The notes under the pieces were generated by a model. The model had not been told where the DNA came from, made no database searches, and saw only the letters and a program-made list of their open reading frames with translations. Positions 6,037 to 14,910 of a stretch of 20,000 nt of DNA are shown one piece after another (position 1 is the stretch's first letter; every line of letters starts with the position of its first letter). The translations under genes and the position numbers were made by a program. The stretch is from an uncultured virus (IMG/VR IMGVR_UViG_3300044825_003036) (taxonomy: Duplodnaviria > Heunggongvirae > Uroviricota > Caudoviricetes), in IMG/VR virus record IMGVR_UViG_3300044825_003036, one strand, 5' to 3'.

Positions 6037-7151
6037 ACTTGGGGAAGTCATTGGGTGCTACGTTTCGTGAACGTGACGAAGTGATCAATGGGCTGATGTG
6101 TGCGGCGCTGGCGCAGGAGCACGTGCTTCTGCTCGGGCCACCTGGTACGGCCAAGAGCGCGCTGGCGCGAGCGTTTGCGGAGTCGGTGGGCGGCCACCAT
6201 TTCGAGTGGCTGCTCAGCAAGTTCACCGCGCCGGAGGAGCTGTTTGGGCCGATCTCGTTGCAGGGGCTCAAGGCAGATCGCTACCGTCGAGTGACGACCG
6301 GCAAGCTGCCCGAGGCGGAAACGGTGTTCCTGGACGAGATCTTCAAGGGCGGTTCGGCGATCCTGAATACGCTCCTGGCCGCGATCAACGAACGCGTGTT
6401 CCACAACGACGGCCAGGTGCAAAAGCTGCCGCTCCGAATGGTGATCGGCGCGTCCAACGAGCTACCCGAGGGCCCCGAGCTCGGCGCACTCTACGACCGG
6501 TTCTTGTTGCGCTACTGGGTGGGTTACCTGCAGGGCCCGACCCAGTTTATTTCGATGATGCGTTCGTCGGAGCAGCTGTTCTCTCGGGTCATTTCGACCG
6601 AGCAATGGGACACGGCGCGGGCAGAGGTCGCTAAGCTTCCGGTCGATCCGGACTTGTACCAGAGCTTTTTCAAGCTCCGCACCGAGGCGCAGAAGGTCGG
6701 TCTAGCGCTCTCGGACCGACGTTGGATGCGGATGATTCGCCTAGTCAAGGCCAGCGCTTGGCTTGCTGGGGACAAGGTCGCCGACCTGGAGCATTTCGAC
6801 GTGTTGAAGGCGGCGCTGTGGAGCGACCCAGGCGAGCGCGACGCAGCCAACAAGCTCGTGGAAGACACGGTCGGCGGCGTGCTGACGCTGGCGGCGTCGG
6901 TGAGCCAGACGATCGAGCGGCAGGTGCAGAATGCTCAGCTGGACTTGGCTATTCCGGCGCGTGATGCTGAGTGGCAGCGGAAGCTGATCACAGCGCAGCA
7001 AGAAACGTCGCGCGGCGTCGCGCGGCTCAAAGAGCTGCAGACGCAGGCGGCAACCAAGAGTCAGAAGGCCAAGCTGGCGGCGCTGGTCGAGAAGGCCGAG
7101 CAGACCGTGGCCCCGGTGAAAGCCACCCTCAAGGCATCGCTGGAGATCTGA
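6018..7151 (+). CDS. MoxR-family AAA+ ATPase (RavA-like)
   Basis: HVLLLGPPGTAKS (Walker A), FTAPEELFGP, VFLDEIFK (Walker B), ILNTLL..INER, GASNELP, LYDRF and LSDRRW are all RavA-like signatures. Confidence 0.95.
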   Translation: MQDLFVNLGKSLGATFRERDEVINGLMCAALAQEHVLLLGPPGTAKSALARAFAESVGGHHFEWLLSKFTAPEELFGPISLQGLKADRYRRVTTGKLPEAETVFLDEIFKGGSAILNTLLAAINERVFHNDGQVQKLPLRMVIGASNELPEGPELGALYDRFLLRYWVGYLQGPTQFISMMRSSEQLFSRVISTEQWDTARAEVAKLPVDPDLYQSFFKLRTEAQKVGLALSDRRWMRMIRLVKASAWLAGDKVADLEHFDVLKAALWSDPGERDAANKLVEDTVGGVLTLAASVSQTIERQVQNAQLDLAIPARDAEWQRKLITAQQETSRGVARLKELQTQAATKSQKAKLAALVEKAEQTVAPVKATLKASLEI

Positions 7152-9028
7152 TGACGCATCTTATTACTGCGGGCGATGGTACCCAAATGACGGTTGCTGA
7201 CGATGCCTTCGATCCAGACCCTGGGAGCTCGATTCGCCGAGACCGCTTTACGGTTCGGTCCGCTCGACGGGTTGAGATCGGGGGCCGTTTCTCCGCTTGC
7301 CTCGATCTCAACGGCGGTGGCTTTTGGGCGGTGCAAAACACCTCCAATTCCAAAGGCGGTCCGCCGGTAGCGACTTTGGCTGGTAGTGTTTGGAGCAAGG
7401 AGCACTCGCGCCAACTCGCGGCCTTGGCTGACGGCGTTCCCTACGTCCCTGGGGTGCCCGCTTTTGGCAAGCCTAGCCAGAGTCCCGAGGATATCGCCAA
7501 GGCGATGCTGGAGGTGCTTGTGCAGAGTCGCGACGCCACAGTGGAGTCAACGGACATGGTTCGTTACTTGGTAGGCAACGAGGCAGCGGCAGGAGGGACT
7601 TTTCGCGAGGCGTGCCTGCGCCACGAGAACGAGACATGGCCAACGTTCGCGCGTGAGCTGTTCGCCTCGCTCTACGATGAGCCAAAGCCAACAGACAGCA
7701 GACCGCAAGGACCCGAGTGGATAGTTACGTTGCTGCAGGCCGCCAAGAACAGCGCAAGCTGGCCCGATCTGCAGCGCCTAGCCAAGGGCGAGCCGTGGTC
7801 GGCGGGAGTAGGCGCCGCGGAGATCGTCCAGGCCCTGGGCGAGACAATCAACGATCTGCTGGAGGAGCTCCCGAAAGAGGACCCACAACGACTGCAGGAC
7901 CAGGCGGACCAGCTGGCGGAGATGGTCGGAGAGGACCACGAGGCGACGACGGAGGAGCAAGCAAAGGCGGACGCGGTGCAGGCAGCCCAGCTGAAGGTCG
8001 CGGAGGCGCTACAGACGCTCGATTTGGCCAGCGTCCCGGCGGCTGTGACGGCCGCTGTCCAAGCTCTGGCTGGCATCGATGGGCAGCTGCAGGCGCTTGG
8101 AGCGGGGAGCAACAACCCCAACCCGTTGCTTGCCAGCACCCCTCACGAGGTGCGCGAAGCCCTGGCAAAGAACCCCGTCCTGCGGGGGATTGCTGACGTC
8201 GCGGGGCGACTGCGCGTCGCGGCGCGCGCTGTAAAACGGAACAAGGTTCGGTACCTGCCCGAGCAGATCGTGGACGTGTCGTTGGGGGCAGAGCTCTCGC
8301 GGCTGCTTCCTGCTGAGCTGCTCCAGTTGGCTGAGCCTGACGTCGAGGACAACCTGTTGCGGAAGCTGTCGGAGTCCCAGGCGATGGTCTACGACCTGGA
8401 AGGGTCAGAGCCGGTCAAGATGGGGCCGATTGTGGTCGCCATCGATTCGTCCTCCTCGATGGCTGGCCAGCGTTACGAGTGGGCAATGGGCGTGGCGCTC
8501 GCGCTGGTTGAGCGAGCGGTGTCGGACAAGCGGCCTTTCCGGCTCTTCACGTTCGCAATGCGACCCAACACGGTCTACACCGTGGACAAGCCGCGGGACA
8601 TTACCGTGCATCTGCTCCAGGAAATGCTGACGACATTCTCGGGCGGTGGGACCGACATTGGTCGAGCGGTGCGCCAAGCGGCGGAGCTCACTCGGGACAA
8701 GACGTGGACCAAGGCGGACCTGGTGCTGATCTCCGACGGTGAAGACGGCGATTTCTCGCCCAGCTTGTACGAGCTTTCTGAGCAGGGCGTCTGCGCTTAC
8801 GGGATCTCGATCGGATCGACGTTCTCGGAGCCGGTCAAGTCGGCGATGAGTGGCGTAGCGGCGGTCTCGGACCTACAGATCCAAGATGGCAGCGCCAACG
8901 TGGACGTGGTGTTTGGGCTCGATGGGGTTCCCAGAACGCTCCCAACACCTGCAGTTGTGAGTAAAGTGGATTCACTTGCAGCGGAGACAGCGGCGGCTCG
9001 TAAGCGAGCGATGGACACTCCGTTTTGA
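7151..9028 (+). CDS. VWA-domain protein (ViaA-like partner of the AAA+ ATPase)
   Basis: TGATG coupling to the ATPase. It has LGAELSRLLPAELL, the MIDAS motif GPIVVAIDSSSSM, GGGTD and ADLVLISDG. Confidence 0.92.
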   Translation: MTHLITAGDGTQMTVADDAFDPDPGSSIRRDRFTVRSARRVEIGGRFSACLDLNGGGFWAVQNTSNSKGGPPVATLAGSVWSKEHSRQLAALADGVPYVPGVPAFGKPSQSPEDIAKAMLEVLVQSRDATVESTDMVRYLVGNEAAAGGTFREACLRHENETWPTFARELFASLYDEPKPTDSRPQGPEWIVTLLQAAKNSASWPDLQRLAKGEPWSAGVGAAEIVQALGETINDLLEELPKEDPQRLQDQADQLAEMVGEDHEATTEEQAKADAVQAAQLKVAEALQTLDLASVPAAVTAAVQALAGIDGQLQALGAGSNNPNPLLASTPHEVREALAKNPVLRGIADVAGRLRVAARAVKRNKVRYLPEQIVDVSLGAELSRLLPAELLQLAEPDVEDNLLRKLSESQAMVYDLEGSEPVKMGPIVVAIDSSSSMAGQRYEWAMGVALALVERAVSDKRPFRLFTFAMRPNTVYTVDKPRDITVHLLQEMLTTFSGGGTDIGRAVRQAAELTRDKTWTKADLVLISDGEDGDFSPSLYELSEQGVCAYGISIGSTFSEPVKSAMSGVAAVSDLQIQDGSANVDVVFGLDGVPRTLPTPAVVSKVDSLAAETAAARKRAMDTPF

Positions 9029-9123
9029 GGGCCGATCAGGTTCTACCCGGTGACCAGGTAGTTGACCCTGGCACCGAGGGGCCGCGCCAAGGATGCACGG
9101 TCCCTGCAGGACGAAAGATGCGA

Positions 9124-9150
9124 GGGCGCAGGCCCGTACGAAAGGACAAG
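9124..9150 (+). promoter_or_regulatory. Hairpin + ACGAAAGGACAAG leader/RBS element, copy 4
   Basis: GGGC-GCAG-GCCC-GT-ACGAAAGGACAAG before ATG 9155. The stem sequence differs but pairing is kept. Confidence 0.8.
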
Positions 9151-9154
9151 AGCG

Positions 9155-10447
9155 ATGCGACGACTACAGATCCTCACGAATAGCGAGGTCGAGACCTACC
9201 GCAATTGCGGGGCAAAACATGGGTTTGCCTACCAGCAGTTGCTCCGGCCGCGAATCGATGGCGAGGCCAAGCCCGCTGGCTCGATCCTCCACGCTGGTAT
9301 CGAGGCGGGCTGGCGTGCAGCGTGGGAGCAACCCGACACGCTCGACGGGCGCCTGCAGCGGGCGATCGCGGCGTCGGCGGAGACGATCGCGTCGGCGACG
9401 CTGGACGAGTGCAAACGCGTCGCGCTGCTCGGCGGCGAGGGCTCGGACGAGCTGATCGCGAAGCTGGAGGGGCAAAGCGAAGCACTTCGCTGGAGCGTGG
9501 AGAACTACTTTCGGGCGACGCGTCCCGATCTGGACTACGTCCCGGTGTGCATTGAGCGGCAGTTCTCGTTCCTTGTGCCGACCGACCGCGGCAACGACTC
9601 GATGGTGTCCTATCAGGGTAAGACGGACCTGGTGTTGTGGGACCGCGAGGCGAACCGTTTGATCGTCCAGGACCACAAGGGGACGGGGCTCGGCGTGCGG
9701 CAACTGGAGCGCAAGATCCCGCTCGACACCCAGCTTTCTGGGTATGTTTTTTGGGTTCGGAAAGCGCTACGTGACCTTGCAGCACAGCCGGAATCCCCGT
9801 TGCTCGCGATGGCCGTAGGCGCTCCGGTTCACGCCTGGGAGACGATTCGGGATAACCCACCAATCACGGCCCCAGTGGTTGGCTCGATTGCCTTCAACGT
9901 GCTCCGTCGCAAGCAGCCGGAGACGCCCGGGATCAACATCCTCAAAAAGAACGAGGCAGTGACCGAGTGGCAGCGAGAGCTGCTGGCGTTACAAGCCACG
10001 GACGGCAAGCCGCGGGGGTTGGTCTCTGTTGCCGACTGCGACACCACGCCAGGCATTTACGGCGACGCGTTGACGGAGCAGCTGGTGGGTCGCGGGCTAG
10101 AGATCACGGACAAGCAGCGCGAGCGGCTGGAGAAGATCCGTCACAAGGCGGGGTTCTTCGCCCAGCTGGAGTATTACCGAGGCGAGGCGGAGCTGGAACG
10201 CTGGCGCCGCGAGTTGTTGCTGGACGCCAAGAAGATCCGCGACGACGGCCGAGCCGGGCAGCGCTCGCGCAATCCCGGGGCGTGTGCCCAGCCGTGGAGC
10301 CCGCCGTGCGCATACGCGACCGTTTGCCAGGCGCCGGCCGATCCGGTAGCACTGGCGCAATACGTGGTGGTGGACAGGCCCCACCAGGAACTGGAGCAGC
10401 AAGACCATGGCAGCGAAGAAGACCAGCAAATCCACGACTACATCTGA
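9155..10447 (+). CDS. PD-(D/E)XK exonuclease, AddB/Cas4-like with putative 4Fe-4S ligands
   Basis: N-terminal NSEVETYRNC, GSILH, E in CIERQF, GKTDLV...VQDHK, QLSGY, and C-terminal C-x7-C-x5-C (CAQPWSPPCAYATVC). The start was chosen at the ATG after the leader element. Confidence 0.88.
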   Translation: MRRLQILTNSEVETYRNCGAKHGFAYQQLLRPRIDGEAKPAGSILHAGIEAGWRAAWEQPDTLDGRLQRAIAASAETIASATLDECKRVALLGGEGSDELIAKLEGQSEALRWSVENYFRATRPDLDYVPVCIERQFSFLVPTDRGNDSMVSYQGKTDLVLWDREANRLIVQDHKGTGLGVRQLERKIPLDTQLSGYVFWVRKALRDLAAQPESPLLAMAVGAPVHAWETIRDNPPITAPVVGSIAFNVLRRKQPETPGINILKKNEAVTEWQRELLALQATDGKPRGLVSVADCDTTPGIYGDALTEQLVGRGLEITDKQRERLEKIRHKAGFFAQLEYYRGEAELERWRRELLLDAKKIRDDGRAGQRSRNPGACAQPWSPPCAYATVCQAPADPVALAQYVVVDRPHQELEQQDHGSEEDQQIHDYI

Positions 10448-10838
10448 CGCGGCGGAGGCAACGGAGAAGCTCTCCAAGCGAGCAGCGAGCGGCGACAAGG
10501 GCGCGCTAGCCGCGGTGACGGAGATCGTCACCAGTTACAACCAGGTCCAAGACGCGAAAGAGCGCAAGGTCAAGGTGGCAAAGACGACGAAGTCTCGCGA
10601 GGAGCAGGAGTTTGCCGCGGTGAAGAACGCGATCGAGGACTCGCTTCCGACGGATGCAGGCGCTCAGACGGTGCTCGGTAAACTGCAGACGATCGAGCAG
10701 TCTTGGCAGGACTACCAGGAGGCGCTCGCGCAGGGCGTCGAGGAGCGCAAGGAGTCCAAGGAAGCGCTCAAGGCCGCGGAGAAGCGGTTCGAGCGGGCTG
10801 TGAAGGATTCGGCGCAATTGGCGCTTGATTTCGAGTGA
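10407..10838 (+). CDS. Coiled-coil hypothetical protein
   Basis: 143-aa charged helical ORF with typical high-GC codon usage, ending in QLALDFE. Confidence 0.8.
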   Translation: MAAKKTSKSTTTSDAAEATEKLSKRAASGDKGALAAVTEIVTSYNQVQDAKERKVKVAKTTKSREEQEFAAVKNAIEDSLPTDAGAQTVLGKLQTIEQSWQDYQEALAQGVEERKESKEALKAAEKRFERAVKDSAQLALDFE

Positions 10839-10858
10839 TCTGGATGCTTGATTGAGGC

Positions 10859-10888
10859 TGCCGCGGTTGGCGGCAACGAAAGGACGAG
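10859..10888 (+). promoter_or_regulatory. Hairpin + ACGAAAGGAC(G)AG leader/RBS element, copy 5
   Basis: TGCCGCGGTTGGCGGCAACGAAAGGAC is identical over 27 nt to 2308-2334; ATG at 10895. Confidence 0.88.
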
Positions 10889-10894
10889 GACGAA

Positions 10895-11968
10895 ATGAAA
10901 CGGTTGGACGATCGGGAGTCGGTGTGGCTGAAAGCGGCGATCTACGGAAAGCCAGGCACGGGAAAGACGTCTATCGGGGTTAGCGCGCCCAAGCCGCTGA
11001 TTCTGTTGGCTGAGGCGCAAGGCCTGGTCCATGTGCGGCAGGCGGCGAAGCGGCTGGGGGTTCCCGTGCCACCCACGTTTTTGATCGAGAGCGTGGACGA
11101 CTACCGGGCTTGGCTGCGCGCCCTCAACGGGGACCGGTCCAAGCCGCTAACGGTGCGCGAGCGGCACACAGTCGACGGCAAGATCGAGGAGATCGTTGTG
11201 GTCCAGCTCGACGAATGGCCCGAGACGGTGGTGTTGGATTCGCTGACGGAGGCAGGGACGCTGATCGTCCGTGAGATCCGTTGGTTGTCGCCTCCGACGA
11301 AGGGTAAGGACGGGCTCCCAACGGATTCGCAGCGCTTTTGGAACGTGCTGGGGGACCGTTTCAAAGCGCTCGTCCATGGTTTCCGCGATTTGCCAATGCA
11401 CGTGCTTTTCCTGGGTCTGATGGACGACCGCTCGGAGGGCGAGGAGGACGCAAAGACCCGCAACGTCACGATGGATCTGCCGATGCGCAAGCTCCCAGCG
11501 CTTGTGAGTTCGGCGGTAAACGTCGTGGGGTATTCGTACCGTCGCGAGGTGCGCAAAGCGAACAAGCCCACCGAGCTCCAATATGGCGTCATGACCTCCG
11601 GCCCGGAGTACATGATGCTAAAGCCAATGAGGCCGCTCCGCGACACTGAAGTGCCCAACTTCGCGCGATGGGTTGCGGCTGTTCGTGGGCACTTGGCTGA
11701 CGCGAGTCCAGCGCCGGAGCCGTCTGGGGAATCCCTGATGGCCGGAGACCTGGAGCCGCAGCCGCAGCCAACGACGGCAGAAGGCGAGCCGGTTCAAGAA
11801 GGGGCGGCGCCCGACGGTGAACCACCGCGCGCTCAGGTTGTTGATTTGTTCGATGCCCAGACCAGCCTAGCTGGTGTGGGCGAGGCAGAGGAAGGGGCTG
11901 AGCCCCAGGCAAAGAAGGCCAAGAAAGGAAAAAAGAACGATGCCCAAGATGGGTCCGAGGGGAACTGA
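10895..11968 (+). CDS. AAA_24 / Sak4-like phage recombination NTPase
   Basis: IYGKPGTGKT (Walker A), VVLDSLT (Walker B) and LPMHVLF. It sits between a nuclease and an SSB-like gene, as in Sak4 modules. Confidence 0.85.
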   Translation: MKRLDDRESVWLKAAIYGKPGTGKTSIGVSAPKPLILLAEAQGLVHVRQAAKRLGVPVPPTFLIESVDDYRAWLRALNGDRSKPLTVRERHTVDGKIEEIVVVQLDEWPETVVLDSLTEAGTLIVREIRWLSPPTKGKDGLPTDSQRFWNVLGDRFKALVHGFRDLPMHVLFLGLMDDRSEGEEDAKTRNVTMDLPMRKLPALVSSAVNVVGYSYRREVRKANKPTELQYGVMTSGPEYMMLKPMRPLRDTEVPNFARWVAAVRGHLADASPAPEPSGESLMAGDLEPQPQPTTAEGEPVQEGAAPDGEPPRAQVVDLFDAQTSLAGVGEAEEGAEPQAKKAKKGKKNDAQDGSEGN

Positions 11969-12614
11969 AAGCAACAACGAGCAGCGCGAGCAGCGCGGCG
12001 CGGTACCAGGCGGGCGCTATCCCAGCGCCATGGTGTGGTTCAATCGGCGGCAGGCCAAGAGCAGCGGAAACGACTTCCTTCGTGGGACGTTCGAGATCTG
12101 CGGTGGGCCGCTCAAAGGGCGGCGCTACTACGCGATGCTTTCGTGTGACATCACTCGCGCCGGAACCATGAAGCGCTGGGAAGTGCTGATGGAGAGTTGC
12201 GGCGTAACCGAGGAGTTCGAGATCGGTTCCAATCATGAGGGCAACGCTCGCGAGGGCGACCGGAACATCAGATCTCGGTTCTTGGGTCGTCCGTTCGTGG
12301 CGATCGTCAAGCGAGAGCGCGACGGCAACTACGAGAACAACGATATCGAGTCGTTGGTGTTCCCGAACCGGTGGACGGACGAGGAGCGCGAGCAGATGGC
12401 CGAGTGGGCGCACGCCTACCAGTGCGAGCAGGAGAAGAAGGGCTACAATCGAAACCGCTCACCCGAGGCGAGCGCTCAGCGTCCAGAGGACGACGGCGGA
12501 GAGTTCACCGGCGAGGGTGAGGATCGGTACGATTCGTTCGAGGATGCCGGACAGTATGGTGACACCGAATTCGACGACAGCGGCGACAGCCCCCCTCCCC
12601 CCGACGAATTCTAA
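11940..12614 (+). CDS. Phage single-stranded DNA-binding-like protein (DUF669-like)
   Basis: AVPGGRY...SSGNDFLRGTFEICGGPLKGR...FLGRPFVAIVK...YENNDI, then a long acidic tail ending PPPPDEF. It follows the Sak4-like gene. Confidence 0.78.
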   Translation: MPKMGPRGTESNNEQREQRGAVPGGRYPSAMVWFNRRQAKSSGNDFLRGTFEICGGPLKGRRYYAMLSCDITRAGTMKRWEVLMESCGVTEEFEIGSNHEGNAREGDRNIRSRFLGRPFVAIVKRERDGNYENNDIESLVFPNRWTDEEREQMAEWAHAYQCEQEKKGYNRNRSPEASAQRPEDDGGEFTGEGEDRYDSFEDAGQYGDTEFDDSGDSPPPPDEF

Positions 12615-13275
12615 GCCCCGAGAGATCGCGATCCGAGTCACGGGGCTTCTGCATCGGTTTCTGTCGTCCAAGTTGACGGCGTCAAAGCTGGCGCAGGAGC
12701 TCCGGGCTCTAGCCGACTGGATCGAGCCGGCGGTTGGCTCCAAGGCTGTCCAGCAGCCGGTGGAGGCCCCAACCGGTCAAGAGGTGGAGCTGTTCCGCTA
12801 CTGGCAGACGGCGATGGGCAAACCCCAGGCCAAGCTCACGCCAGAGCGGCGCGCGAAGCTCCGGGCTCGGCTCAAAGAGGGCTACACTCCCGAGCAGATT
12901 AGGCTAGCGATCGACAACGTGGCGGGGTCTTCCTACCACCGAGGCGAGAACACGAACGGCCAGGAGTACGCAGATCTTACGTTGATCTGTCGAAACGGCA
13001 GCAAGCTGGAGCAATACGCGGCAATGGGCGCGGGGACGATCCAGCTTTCAGAACCAGGCGGTCGCGAGTCGGCCGTCCCACAAGGACAAGAAGCGCTGAT
13101 CCAGCGTCTACAGCGAGAGGCGGCTGCGCAATTGGCGGCCGGTGACGTGAATGCCTACAATGCGACCCAGCAACAGATCCTCGCGCTCCGAGGAGGCGGC
13201 TCAAGCGCTGTCGACCGTCGGGGCGCCAACGGCGCTGGCCGATCGAGTTCGGCAGGCGTTGGACGTGGTGCGTAA
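12556..13275 (+). CDS. Phage replication-initiator-like C-terminal domain protein
   Basis: ELFRYWQ...KLTPERRAKLRARLKEGYTPEQIRLAID...YADLTLICRNGSKLEQY resembles the conserved C-terminal domain of phage replication proteins. The start is uncertain (ATG 12544 or 12556, or TTG 12673). Confidence 0.65.
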   Translation: MVTPNSTTAATAPLPPTNSKPREIAIRVTGLLHRFLSSKLTASKLAQELRALADWIEPAVGSKAVQQPVEAPTGQEVELFRYWQTAMGKPQAKLTPERRAKLRARLKEGYTPEQIRLAIDNVAGSSYHRGENTNGQEYADLTLICRNGSKLEQYAAMGAGTIQLSEPGGRESAVPQGQEALIQRLQREAAAQLAAGDVNAYNATQQQILALRGGGSSAVDRRGANGAGRSSSAGVGRGA

Positions 13276-13783
13276 CCTCGATCGGTTCGCGCCCCAGGCG
13301 TTCCCGTTGCGTCCTGAGATCGTGACGTACGACGACAACCAGCTGGTCGAGGCCTACCAGGCCAAAGACCACGGCAAGCTGGGCAAGGCGGCGTCGGAGC
13401 AGCTCCGCTACTTCGCGGCTTGGCGTGTCGCGGTGTGGCGCGTCGAGGGGATCCACGAGGGTAACCTGATCGTGTTGGCTGCAGCAATCGGGGCGCTGGA
13501 GCTGGGTGGGGACCACCACCGAGAGGTGACGCAGCTGCGCGCTTTCGTTCGGCAGCACTGGCGCTGCTCGCTGCCCGATCCAGTCCCGGGAAACCGGCTC
13601 TGGGTCGAGCGGTGGGCGGTGCGCTTCGCCCAAAACCGTCGAGTACTCCCGCTTTACATGCGAACAATGACCAAGCCCCCACTGGGGGCAGGCGGGCAAC
13701 GGAGCGGCGTCAACCCCCAACAGTACTTGGACTACGGAGCAGAGAACGACGATGACCGAGACGAAAACGAACCGGGTTTCTGA
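13151..13783 (+). CDS. Hypothetical protein
   Basis: 210-aa ORF with plausible composition and an acidic tail; the start is uncertain. Confidence 0.65.
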   Translation: MPTMRPSNRSSRSEEAAQALSTVGAPTALADRVRQALDVVRNLDRFAPQAFPLRPEIVTYDDNQLVEAYQAKDHGKLGKAASEQLRYFAAWRVAVWRVEGIHEGNLIVLAAAIGALELGGDHHREVTQLRAFVRQHWRCSLPDPVPGNRLWVERWAVRFAQNRRVLPLYMRTMTKPPLGAGGQRSGVNPQQYLDYGAENDDDRDENEPGF

Positions 13784-14090
13784 GGCCGATCTTGATCGGA
13801 TCCGTGAGTTGGCGAAGGCAAAGCCCGGCGACGCGCTGGCGCAACGAGAGTGGATCGCGCGCGCTCGGCATGAACTGCTGTTGCTGGTCGACGACCTGAC
13901 CGACCGGCAAGCGGCGAGCGGCGGCGAGTTTGCCACTCGCTTGCGGGAGGCCCTGGAGGCCAAGGTGCTGGAGCAGGTAGGCGAGCGGGCCGCCTTGACC
14001 AACCAAACCGAGATCCACAGCCTGAGCGTGCATTTGACGGCGCAGGCCGCGTGGGTCGATGTGCGGCTGCGGCTAGGGGTCGGGCAGTAG
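13752..14090 (+). CDS. Hypothetical protein
   Basis: 112-aa ORF whose TAG stop overlaps the next GTG. Confidence 0.7.
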   Translation: MTETKTNRVSEADLDRIRELAKAKPGDALAQREWIARARHELLLLVDDLTDRQAASGGEFATRLREALEAKVLEQVGERAALTNQTEIHSLSVHLTAQAAWVDVRLRLGVGQ

Positions 14091-14617
14091 TGGAGCGCTG
14101 GGACTGGAAGCAGAAGCGGCACGTGGCGAAGTTCCGCGGCGAGCGCTTCGCGGCGCTAGACCCAGGGCAACACGGTTGCCTGATGGTGTGCGACTGGGAG
14201 CTCGGCGTCCTGCCAGTTCGTTTGGCTAACCCGCTCCACGTCGAGGTCTGCGCCAAGATGCTAGCGGCGCTGGACGTCCACGTGTTGGTGGCGGAAACGC
14301 AGTATGTCACCAATCCGCGGCTTGCGCGCGCGGTGACGGAGTTGACGTTCTCGATGGGGATCTTGGTTGGGTTTGCGGCGGCGCGGTTGGAGTGGCCGCT
14401 CCAGCTGTTCGAGGTGGCCCCAGCGTCGTGGCAGGCGGAACAGAAACGTCGGCACGCCCCAGAGGAACCCAAGCGCAAGGGGTTTGCGGCCGATCTGATG
14501 ATGACGGTAGGCAAGGCCCAGCTTGGGCAGACGCTCGATTGGCGGCAGGCGGACCAGTCCGCGCAGACGGGACTTGCCGCGGCATGGGCGATCGCAGAAT
14601 GGTGGCGGGCGCTGTGA
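14090..14617 (+). CDS. RuvC-like (RNase H fold) resolvase homolog, possibly inactive
   Basis: FAALDPGQHG (motif I), VLVAETQY (motif II), SMGILVG and EVAPASWQ. The C-terminal acidic motif reads TGLAAAWAIA. Confidence 0.7.
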   Translation: MERWDWKQKRHVAKFRGERFAALDPGQHGCLMVCDWELGVLPVRLANPLHVEVCAKMLAALDVHVLVAETQYVTNPRLARAVTELTFSMGILVGFAAARLEWPLQLFEVAPASWQAEQKRRHAPEEPKRKGFAADLMMTVGKAQLGQTLDWRQADQSAQTGLAAAWAIAEWWRAL

Positions 14618-14910
14618 ACATCTACCAGCAACGCGCCGAGCTGCGCCGCAGCTACCATCGGTTGGCGGCGGCGGCGGTGTTCTACGAGCTCAGCTCGCGC
14701 CCAGCTTTTCTCTGGGTGCATGTTGAGCAGCGCGGCCCACGGCTGACGGTGACGTTCTGGCTGGGCAATCGCGCTTGGTTGGGTCTAGGGTTGGTGCACG
14801 TTTACAGGTGGGTGCAATGTCGGAGCGTAGCAAAGCGGGCGATCAAACGAGTTCGGGTTCCAATGGGGCTCAAGGTGAAGATCCAGAGCCGACGCCCCAA
14901 GAGCGGATAG
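14614..14910 (+). CDS. Basic hypothetical protein
   Basis: GTGA-coupled start; overlaps the next ORF by ~90 nt. Confidence 0.45.
   Translation: MNIYQQRAELRRSYHRLAAAAVFYELSSRPAFLWVHVEQRGPRLTVTFWLGNRAWLGLGLVHVYRWVQCRSVAKRAIKRVRVPMGLKVKIQSRRPKSG

Noticed and set aside
6971..7150. Extended N-termini given by the ORF track (6971, 9062, 12235, 14921, 15772)
   Set aside because: These overlap upstream genes or regulatory elements. Coupled or RBS-supported starts at 7151, 9155, 15233 and 15988 fit better, and the 12235 frame most likely starts at or after 12544.
9095..9120. Hammerhead ribozyme (stem followed by GAAA); also considered at 10846-10881
   Set aside because: The required CUGANGA core upstream of stem II is absent, and no stems I and III could be built.
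3628..14721. Long minus-strand ORFs (3628-4896, 11589-12413, 12977-14122, 13732-14721)
   Set aside because: They are antisense shadows of well-supported + strand genes in high-GC DNA and have no recognisable motifs.
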